Source of the DNA: Candidatus Xenobia bacterium
GTDB taxonomy: Bacteria; Vulcanimicrobiota; Xenobia; Xenobiales; QWHO01
Assembly (NCBI GenBank): GCA_045863235.1
Contig: BTUM01000029.1
Location: 1-64,000 of the forward strand
DNA: 64,000 bases
Direction of reading: 5' to 3'
A program made the position numbers and the translations under genes. This document shows, piece by piece, positions 18,518 to 30,236 of this stretch (position 1 is its first letter; each line of letters opens with the position of its first letter). Below the pieces are notes generated by a model. The model searched no databases and was not told the origin of the DNA. It saw nothing but the letters and a program-made list of their open reading frames with translations.

Positions 18518-19285
18518 ATGGATCCACTTGCACAACTCTTTGCCGCTGGCCCCGCCAGCCAGTCCCCCAGCTTCGGGATGCCCTCCTGCCCCGGGTGCCT
18601 CGGAGCCGCCAACCAGCGCCTGATGGCCGACCCCACCGGAGGGATGGCCGCCATGGCCAACCTGCAGCAGATGATGATGGGCCAGCAACAGATGATGATG
18701 CAGCTCTTGACGCTTCTCCTCCAGCTGATGGCCGGCACGGGGGGACTCGCCAACCTGGCTCCGGGCGGCAGCCCCGGCTTCAATGCAGGCGGAGGAAGCC
18801 CGGGCTTCAACTCGGGCGGCTCCCCCAGCGTGGGCGGCTCCTCGGGAGGAGGCGGCGGGGGTGGAGGCGCCTTCAACACTCCCGGCGGCGTTGCGGCTGA
18901 TCCCTCCCAGTTCCAGGGTGGCACCGAGATGAGCCGCCGGCTGGCTGCGGCCGCGCTGCGCGAATCCACTGACGGCGACAGCAACGGGGGCTGGTGCGCC
19001 CGCGACGTGGGCGAGGCCCTCCGGGCGGTCGGTCTAGGGGTGGCCCGGGGCGACGCCTGGACCAAAGCGGCCGTGCTGGCCGGCGATCCCCGTTTCCGCG
19101 AGCTGAAGGTGGCCCCCAACGAGATCGACAAACTCCCCCCGGGCGCCATCATCGTGTGGGACAAAGGGCCGGGCCTACCCTACGGGCACATCTCCATCGC
19201 ACTGGGCGACGGCCGCGAGGCCAGCGATCTGCTCAAGAAGCAGATGCACCTCAAGACCAGCTACCGGGTGTTCCTGCCGATCTAA
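18518..19285 (+). CDS. Gly/Gln/Met-rich protein with a C-terminal NlpC/P60-CHAP-like peptidoglycan amidase domain
   Basis: GWCARDVGEAL (Cys), PGAIIVW and YGHISIALGDG (His). Low-complexity N-terminus with no signal peptide. TAAGGT-N6-ATG upstream. Confidence 0.7.
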   Translation: MDPLAQLFAAGPASQSPSFGMPSCPGCLGAANQRLMADPTGGMAAMANLQQMMMGQQQMMMQLLTLLLQLMAGTGGLANLAPGGSPGFNAGGGSPGFNSGGSPSVGGSSGGGGGGGGAFNTPGGVAADPSQFQGGTEMSRRLAAAALRESTDGDSNGGWCARDVGEALRAVGLGVARGDAWTKAAVLAGDPRFRELKVAPNEIDKLPPGAIIVWDKGPGLPYGHISIALGDGREASDLLKKQMHLKTSYRVFLPI

Positions 19286-19290
19286 AGGGT

Positions 19291-19860
19291 TCAGGTCCCT
19301 TCCTGGCCGGGCAGAAGTCCCTTGCGCTGGTCGGCCTCGAGCAGCACGCCGGCCATGAACAGGGCGGTGGGGACGTTGGCCGAGCCCACCTTGGAGTCGC
19401 CATAGGTCACCGCGCTGGTGACCTGAGTGGTCAGGCTGTCATAGCGAGCGGCCGTGATGCCCTGATCGGCCTTGTGGAAGTCGACCAGCTTGCTGGCGAA
19501 CTGATCCAGATTCTCGGGCGAGCTGACCAGCTCGTGCAGCTTGTGCTGCAGAGCGTCGGTGACGGCCGCGCCCACGACGGGGCCGAGCATGGCTCCGGCG
19601 GTCATGAAGAGCGTGTGGCTGGACATCTGGGCCAGATTGCGAGCGTCGGGCGAGCCCGAATCGGGTACCCGGGCCCAGACGGCCCGCTTGAGGGCCCCCA
19701 GGTCCTCGGCCATGGCCGACTTGTCGCCCTTGTCCAGGGCGTCGGTCACGCCGGCCGCGCTGTCGGCCAGGTTGGTGGCCACCGACTTGAGGTTCTGGGC
19801 GTGAACCCCGTGCATCAAGTGGGCTTTGGAAACCCCTACGCTGTTGATCGCATCTGCCAT
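19291..19860 (-). CDS. Hypothetical protein
   Basis: ORF with GGAGG SD before ATG 19860 and one hydrophobic glycine-rich segment. Confidence 0.6.
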   Translation of the reverse strand: MADAINSVGVSKAHLMHGVHAQNLKSVATNLADSAAGVTDALDKGDKSAMAEDLGALKRAVWARVPDSGSPDARNLAQMSSHTLFMTAGAMLGPVVGAAVTDALQHKLHELVSSPENLDQFASKLVDFHKADQGITAARYDSLTTQVTSAVTYGDSKVGSANVPTALFMAGVLLEADQRKGLLPGQEGT

Positions 19861-19956
19861 GGCCACACCTCCAGATCGGCATGATTCGCGATGGGGGCCG
19901 GGCCCTCCCTGCAAGAAATGGCGTGCAATGGACCTCTTCCGGAAAAGAACGGCAGC

Positions 19957-21024
19957 TCAGGCCGCCTTCCATTCGCCAGGGGTCTGAGCGGCGCTCTTGA
20001 TCCGCACGGGCACACGAATGCCGCCCACCACGACGTGCGACTCGCGCTCTTCCACGCCCGACCCCTGGACGTTCATTCCCTGAGCCAGTCCCTGCACGTC
20101 CTGGGCGCTGCGGGCCACGTTCTTGAGCCCGTCCAGCTGAAGCTCCCAGCGGTTGACCGTGCCGATCAGGTAGTTGTTGCGCGCTTCGTGGTCGGTCAGG
20201 GTGCCGGCCCGAACGGCCAGCCCGGCGGCTCCAGTGGTCGTGACCAGCGTGACCGCCGGGGCCAGATGGAAGGCGACGCTGACCAGGCTGGCCCCAAAGG
20301 CGGCCAGCGAGGCCACCAGGAACTTTCTGCTCAGCTGGTTGGAGCGCGTGGTGTCCTGGCGGGCCAGCTCGCGCATGCCCTCCAGGGACTCCCCGGGAGC
20401 CTTCTCGATCACGGCGCGATCGCTGCGCACCTGTCCCAGGGCTGCCTGTACCGAGGGTTCCGGCGGTTGGGCGGCCAGATAGTCTTCGGTAGCCTGCATG
20501 ACCTGAACCAGCTCGGACTTCATGTTCTCGGGCGCCGCCAGCTCGAGGGTGGAGCGCACCAGGCTACCCCCACCGGCGGGTGCTCCCGCAGTCAACCTGG
20601 GATACTGCTCTTCCCAGGCTTCCAGAAATCCCGAGAGGCGGTCGTTGCGACCGATCGCATCGCCCACGGTGGCGCCCCACACGAAGGTGCCCACCCCGCC
20701 CACCATGCCAGCCAGCCGTCCGGCCACCACCAGATCGCTGGCGGGCATCAGGGCGGTGGCTGCGGCGGCGGCCATCATCAGGCCCCCGGTAGCCATGAGC
20801 AGGTTGCGCTTGCGGCGCAGCCTGGCGCTCTCTTCGGCCAGAATTCCGCGCCCGTCAGCCAGAGTCTCGCCCGGCGCGCTCTCCAGCGTGCGCACTTCGG
20901 CCATGAGCTCGTCGTAGGCGGCCCGGGTGGGCGGGCTCGACAGATGCGCTTCCAGGGGCTCGGCCTTCTTGCGGATGGCCTCGGCCACTTCGAGACGGCG
21001 TGGGGATGCCTGGGTGACCTGCAT
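19957..21024 (-). CDS. Internally duplicated membrane protein with the shared C-terminal motif
   Basis: Two copies of APGE[TS]L...hydrophobic hairpin...RN..L...WE.Q. Carries VEERESHVVVGGIRVPVR near the C-terminus. Confidence 0.7.
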   Translation of the reverse strand: MQVTQASPRRLEVAEAIRKKAEPLEAHLSSPPTRAAYDELMAEVRTLESAPGETLADGRGILAEESARLRRKRNLLMATGGLMMAAAAATALMPASDLVVAGRLAGMVGGVGTFVWGATVGDAIGRNDRLSGFLEAWEEQYPRLTAGAPAGGGSLVRSTLELAAPENMKSELVQVMQATEDYLAAQPPEPSVQAALGQVRSDRAVIEKAPGESLEGMRELARQDTTRSNQLSRKFLVASLAAFGASLVSVAFHLAPAVTLVTTTGAAGLAVRAGTLTDHEARNNYLIGTVNRWELQLDGLKNVARSAQDVQGLAQGMNVQGSGVEERESHVVVGGIRVPVRIKSAAQTPGEWKAA

Positions 21025-21278
21025 GGGATCGATCTTGCCACCTCACGCCCAAAAAGGGCTGAAACGCTTGCCTCGGCTCTGACCGGGGTTTGCCTGGCCA
21101 GGTAGCCTCCCGAACCGGGTGCAGCCCCGTCCGCCAGGAGCAACCTGACATCGTAGATCAGATCGGCGATTACTTTGGCGCCGCGTTCCGATTCGGAAAC
21201 GCACGGCTGGTTCATCAGCTGGAAGCCTGAAAGCAAACGGCACCCGGTGCCGCCTGCGTCCTGGGTCGCGAGCTCTTG

Positions 21279-21590
21279 TCAGACGCCGTAGTTCTGCGTC
21301 AGGCTCGAGAGCCAGCCCATTCCGTTGTCGTCCTGCTCGTCGTGCTGGCCCAGCGTCACGGTATCGTTCACCGGCGGCGGTGCGGCGGTCACTTTGACGG
21401 CGTTGTCCTGGCGCGGCTCGCTGACTTCGCGGGCGGGGGCGGCCTGGGTGGCCTCGCGTGGACCCTCGGCGCGCTCGGTCGTCTGGGTCTTGGACTGCTG
21501 AAGAAGCGACTTCAGCCGCTCCATCCCCCGGTCGGCGAACCCCGAAACCGACTGGGTGTCATCAATTTTCTCGATGTGATCGTAAGCCAT
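21279..21590 (-). CDS. Small hypothetical protein, probably disordered
   Basis: AGGAG SD and extended -10 TGcTACCAT upstream. 103-aa ORF. Confidence 0.65.
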   Translation of the reverse strand: MAYDHIEKIDDTQSVSGFADRGMERLKSLLQQSKTQTTERAEGPREATQAAPAREVSEPRQDNAVKVTAAPPPVNDTVTLGQHDEQDDNGMGWLSSLTQNYGV

Positions 21591-21669
21591 TGTATGCTCC
21601 TATCACGACTATGGTAGCACAAGAAAATAGCTCCACGGTGAACAAACTGAAACCAATGTTGCCAAAACG

Positions 21670-22143
21670 TTACAAATCTGGTCCAGTTTGGAGGCGTTTG
21701 AAGAGCCGAACAAAGGAGTCCGGCCGGGGCTGTAACTCATAGCCCAGGCCCACGAAGAGCTGCTGAAGCCCGTGGTTGTGCTCGTCGGTGTAGGTGGCCG
21801 CCAGCCGAGCACCCTGCCCGCGCAGCCAGTCCTCGCCCCGCCCCACCAGCAGACGAGCCACCGAGCGGCGACGGAAGGCCGGGTCCACGTAGGTGGTCGA
21901 GAACAGTCCTTCCTCGGGCTCCAGGCGCAGGATCGTGTGCCCGGCGAGCCTCCCCTGCTGGTCTTGAGCCAGGAAGATCATCCCGTGCTCGAGATGGAAA
22001 TCCACCCGCTCGCGGAGCCAATCCAGCGTGTACATAGCGCGCCCGCGCTCGAGTCCGAGCACCTCCTCGAGAGTCAGGCGCATCCTGAGGGCCACCAGCT
22101 CGCGCTCGGCGGACAAGCTCGGATCGAGGGGGCGAATCACCAT
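21670..22143 (-). CDS. GNAT family N-acetyltransferase
   Basis: YVDPAFRRRSVARLL acetyl-CoA motif A and NHGLQQLFVGLGY. Start chosen at ATG 22143. Confidence 0.8.
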   Translation of the reverse strand: MVIRPLDPSLSAERELVALRMRLTLEEVLGLERGRAMYTLDWLRERVDFHLEHGMIFLAQDQQGRLAGHTILRLEPEEGLFSTTYVDPAFRRRSVARLLVGRGEDWLRGQGARLAATYTDEHNHGLQQLFVGLGYELQPRPDSFVRLFKRLQTGPDL

Positions 22144-22209
22144 GTCTGCAAGGGATAGTCGCTCGGAGCGAGAACCCCTTCTGCCTTCGACGAAAGGGGC
22201 TCGGAATCG

Positions 22210-22491
22210 ATGAAATGTTCTTGTGGTGGTGAAATGGAGCTTGGATTCATCCCGGACTTCGGAATGTTCGCGACCTGGACGACAGTCTGGCTCCCGGGGG
22301 AGGCAACGACCCAGAAGTCGGTCCTCGACCGCCTGCGCACGGGCGCCGGGGTGAGCACCGAGGTGGGCGAGGCCAGGATGCTGGAAGCTCACCGTTGCGG
22401 GAGCTGCGGCCTGGTTCAGCTGTTTGCGCTGAAGCAGGCGCCATTGGGAGCCACTCCGGTCGTGTCGGACACCTCTAGCCGAACGGCTTAA
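22210..22491 (+). CDS. Small zinc-ribbon protein (DUF6487-like)
   Basis: MKCSCGGEMELGFI ... AHRCGSCGLV, two Cys knuckles. Confidence 0.7.
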   Translation: MKCSCGGEMELGFIPDFGMFATWTTVWLPGEATTQKSVLDRLRTGAGVSTEVGEARMLEAHRCGSCGLVQLFALKQAPLGATPVVSDTSSRTA

Positions 22492-22504
22492 GGGTCACAG
22501 GATC

Positions 22505-22611
22505 GAGAGTCCGTCCGCTCAAGAGTCTGCTCGCCGCTCGCGAGTCTGCTCGCCGCTCGAGAGTCCGCTCGCCGCTCGAGAGTCCGCTCGCCGCTCGAGA
22601 GTCCGCTCGAG
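22505..22611. repeat. 19-bp tandem repeat, about 5.5 copies of GAGAGTCCGCTCGCCGCTC
   Basis: Units start at 22505 (degenerate), 22521, 22540, 22559, 22578 and 22597 (partial). Confidence 0.9.
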
Positions 22612-22767
22612 GCGCTCCCACAGCTCGGCCGCCAGCAGGCACCCGTCGGCGACTTAGCGCCTGGGCCCATACGACCGGCTCGGTTCTTTGTGGGAGTAGG
22701 GCTGCGGGGCAAGGCCATGCCCACGGCCCCGCTCACGACGACTTCTCTTACGAGTCCATATGAGCTC

Positions 22768-23376
22768 GTGTAGTGCCAATTACTCCAATTTGCACTACAC
22801 ATCATGATAGGCTGACTCACATGGACAGCTTGCCTTCGAACGGCACAGGGGGCCTTCGACCCCCCTGTCTGTCTGCGAGCGAAACAACCTGCACCTCGCG
22901 TAGTGCAAAAACACGCCTCTTGCACTATACCCGGCCCTACGCATGCGTGATTGGATCACCCACGCCGATTCTCAGGTTGCCTTCGAACCCTTTGTCTGCG
23001 AGCGAAACAACTAGCACCTCGCGTAGTGCAAAAACACGCCTCTTGCACTACACCCAGCCCTACGCATGCGTGATTGGATCCACCCACGCCGGTCCTCAGG
23101 TTGCCCTCGAACCCCTGTCTGTGAGCGCAACCTACACCTCGTCTGCGAAGCAAAACAACTAGCACTTCGCGTAGTGCAAAACACGCCTCTTTGCACTACA
23201 TCCATTTGCCCTACATGTTTGGATCACCCACGCCGGTCCTCAAGGTTGCCTTCGAACCCTTGTCTGCGAGCGAAACAACTAGCACCTCGCGTAGTGCAAA
23301 AAGACAGCTCTTGCACTACACCCAGCCCTACACATGCGTGATTGGATCACCCACGCTGGTCAGCTTGCCTTCGAAC
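22768..23376. repeat. ~123-bp tandem repeat array (four units plus one lone upstream palindrome), each carrying GTAGTGC-N15-GCACTAC
   Basis: GTCTGCGA anchors at 22871, 22994, 23141 (partial duplicate 23117) and 23262. Palindromes at 22770, 22900, 23023, 23171 and 23291. Confidence 0.9.
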
Positions 23377-23403
23377 TCAGACTGTTCCAACAGCTCAGGC
23401 GTC

Positions 23404-24822
23404 TCAGGGACCCAGGAGATTCGGAAATCGCTCCAGGTCGAAGGCCCCGATCACGCTGGTGGCGCGACGGTCGCGCTCCGACAGAGCAGGCAGCCCAAAG
23501 CGGTCCTCGATCAGCCTGAGGATGGACTGGGTATTGTAGAGCGTGTGGTCCACGTAACCGCGACGGGCCAGGGGCGAGATCAGCAGGCAGGGCACCCGGT
23601 TGCCCGGACCCCAACGGTCCTCCATGACGGGAGGCACGTGGTCGTAGAACCCGCCGAAATCGTCGTAGGTCACGAAGATGGCCGCGCTGTCCCAGTAAGG
23701 CGAGTTGCGAACCTCCTCGATCAGGCCCACGGTATACTCCTCCGAGCCATAGATGGGCGATTGACCCGAGTGCTCGTCGAAGCCGGCCATGGGCTTGATG
23801 AAGGAAACAGCCGGAAGCGTGCCGTCGCGCAGGGCTTTTCGAAAGTCCTCCACGTCCTTGAGATGGTTGGCGCGCAGAGTCGTGCCAGGTTTGTAGGCCT
23901 CGAAGTAGACGAAGGGCTGGTGATGGTAGATGAAATCCGGGCTGGGATTGCCCGCGGCCGCATCGTTCCAGCCCTGGGAATACCAGGCCCAGGTCACCCC
24001 CTTTTGATTGAGCAGGTCGCCGATGGTGAGGTTGGTCTGGGGAGGAACGCGCTGGTCGTCGGGCGTTCCAGCGGCAAAGGGAGGATAGAAAGGCTGGGCA
24101 TCCTCGACGGCAAAGCCGTCGGGAGTCACCACGCCATTGGGATTGTTCAGCCCGACCAGCCGCCCGGCGGCGTCGAACACGGGCTGGAGAACCAGGCTAG
24201 CAGCCGCGTTGGGCCACACCGGGGTCCGGGCCGCGATGAGCCAGAAGTGGCCCAGCATCGAGCCCCCGAACTGGGAGCCGAAAAAGTTGTCCATGAGCAC
24301 GAACTCGCGAGCGTAGGGGTAGAGCGGCAGCCTCTCGGTATCGTAATAGCCCATGGCCAGCGTGCCCTCGTCGCCCACGGCGCTCACAAACATGTTCATG
24401 CGGAAGTTGCCGAAGCGGCCCTCTCCGAGCGGATCGCCATTGAGCTGCATCAGGTTCTGGTAGAAGCGGTGCACCGGGCTGGGGTAGATGTCGGTCTCAC
24501 TGTAAAAGGGGTTGATCAAGAAAGGCGCGTTGGGCAGATTGGCGGGCAACTTGGAGCCCGGCACCGGGGGCAGGGTGGCCAGAACGTTGCCGCTCTGGTC
24601 GACCTGAGGCACGATCCCGCCCGGGCTGTCGAGCCCGTTGGCCCCGGGGAACTTGCCGAAGAGCAGATCGAAGGTGTGGTTCTCGGGGAAGATGATGATG
24701 ATGTGGTCGAGGCGGCGTTGCTCGAGCGGGTTGGGAACCGGGCCGTTGGCCACGGCCGATTGCGCCGTTCCGCAGCCGGTGGACCAGATGAGAGCAAGCA
24801 AGAGCAAGAGGAGATGGTTCAT
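23404..24822 (-). CDS. Phosphoesterase family lipoprotein (acid phosphatase AcpA/phospholipase C-like)
   Basis: Lipobox STGC, HIIIIFPENHTFDLLFG, DNFF, DEHSG, TYDDFGGFYDHVPP, GNRVP. Confidence 0.9.
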   Translation of the reverse strand: MNHLLLLLLALIWSTGCGTAQSAVANGPVPNPLEQRRLDHIIIIFPENHTFDLLFGKFPGANGLDSPGGIVPQVDQSGNVLATLPPVPGSKLPANLPNAPFLINPFYSETDIYPSPVHRFYQNLMQLNGDPLGEGRFGNFRMNMFVSAVGDEGTLAMGYYDTERLPLYPYAREFVLMDNFFGSQFGGSMLGHFWLIAARTPVWPNAAASLVLQPVFDAAGRLVGLNNPNGVVTPDGFAVEDAQPFYPPFAAGTPDDQRVPPQTNLTIGDLLNQKGVTWAWYSQGWNDAAAGNPSPDFIYHHQPFVYFEAYKPGTTLRANHLKDVEDFRKALRDGTLPAVSFIKPMAGFDEHSGQSPIYGSEEYTVGLIEEVRNSPYWDSAAIFVTYDDFGGFYDHVPPVMEDRWGPGNRVPCLLISPLARRGYVDHTLYNTQSILRLIEDRFGLPALSERDRRATSVIGAFDLERFPNLLGP

Positions 24823-24909
24823 GGTCTGGCCAGAATACGGGGCCCGCGATCTTCCTCCTGCGGTCGGGCTGACGTAGGAACCTGGCCCTGCAGGCAGAAC
24901 CGGGGCGGA

Positions 24910-29406
<4,497 letters not shown>

Positions 29407-29489
29407 GCTCTGGCGCAGGTGGTGCGACCGGGTCGGCCGCCTCGAGCGGGGAGAAGGAAGCCCCGCCGGGGCGAGAAACGATCCAGCCA

Positions 29490-30236
29490 ATGTTCAACAA
29501 GTTCCTGGAGGGCTTGCGCCAGATTGCCCTGGCTCCGCGCACCCGGCCGGGTGAGGAGCTGCGCAGCCGCATCCGGGTGCTGTGCCGCTATCCCGTGCAG
29601 ATCGAGAGCGGCGAGGGCCCGCCCGACCGGGCCTACGTGGTGGACATCGGACTCAATGGGCTGCGCGTCGAGGACGTGCGCCGGCTCAAAAAGGGCAGCC
29701 TGGTGCAGGTGGCTTCGGCCTATCCCGGGCTGGAGCACAACCGCCTGACCTGCGAGGTCGTCTGGTGCCGAGAGCGCATCAGCGGCGGCTACAACGCTGG
29801 CTTGAGCTACGAGACAGCGCCGCCCGGCAGCTGGGTGCGGGTCATCCTCGACGAGCTGGGCCTGGACGAAGAGCGAGGAGCGCAGCGGCGCCGCTACGTG
29901 CGCATCGCCACCTCGCTGCGGGCCCAGGTGCGCGATCTCTCCTCCAATCAGCTTCTCACCGAGGGACGGGTGGTCAACCTGGGATTGGGTGGGGTGCTGC
30001 TGCGCTCGCCCCGGCAACTGGCCGAAGGCAACGAGGTGCTCTGCCTGTTCGGACCTTACTCGCACTATCCGCACCTGTCCGTGGAGGCAACCTGCCTCAG
30101 CTCGCATTATGACGAGGACGACCAGGATTGGTACCACAGCCTGGGATTTGCCAATCTGACCGCCCGCGAGGTGCGGGAGGTGGGACGGTTCGTGGTGGGA
30201 TTGCTCAAGGAACGCTCGGATGCGCCGAATTCTTGA
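29490..30236 (+). CDS. Tandem PilZ-domain protein
   Basis: Two RxxxR plus [DN]-x-G-x-x-G units (LRSRIR/DIGLNG and RRRYVR/NLGLGG). Confidence 0.8.
   Translation: MFNKFLEGLRQIALAPRTRPGEELRSRIRVLCRYPVQIESGEGPPDRAYVVDIGLNGLRVEDVRRLKKGSLVQVASAYPGLEHNRLTCEVVWCRERISGGYNAGLSYETAPPGSWVRVILDELGLDEERGAQRRRYVRIATSLRAQVRDLSSNQLLTEGRVVNLGLGGVLLRSPRQLAEGNEVLCLFGPYSHYPHLSVEATCLSSHYDEDDQDWYHSLGFANLTAREVREVGRFVVGLLKERSDAPNS

Noticed and set aside
19861..19900. Sigma-28 promoter (GCCGATCT) before gene 19860
   Set aside because: No TAAA -35 element, and it is too close to the SD.
21030..21275. c-di-GMP-I riboswitch upstream of gene 21024 (GGCAAACC on the minus strand)
   Set aside because: The GAAA tetraloop and GACGCAAAG elements are not in the expected places. 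An Infernal search would be needed.
22488..23341. Short ORFs across the repeat arrays
   Set aside because: They are translations of the repeats, and the frames shift between units.
22768..23376. CRISPR array
   Set aside because: The sequence between palindromes is itself repeated rather than unique, and there are no cas genes in the window.
23191..24909. 573-aa N-terminal extension of GltB in the ORF track (2071 aa)
   Set aside because: It is the antisense of the phosphoesterase gene plus repeat sequence. GltB starts at 24910, just before the catalytic Cys.
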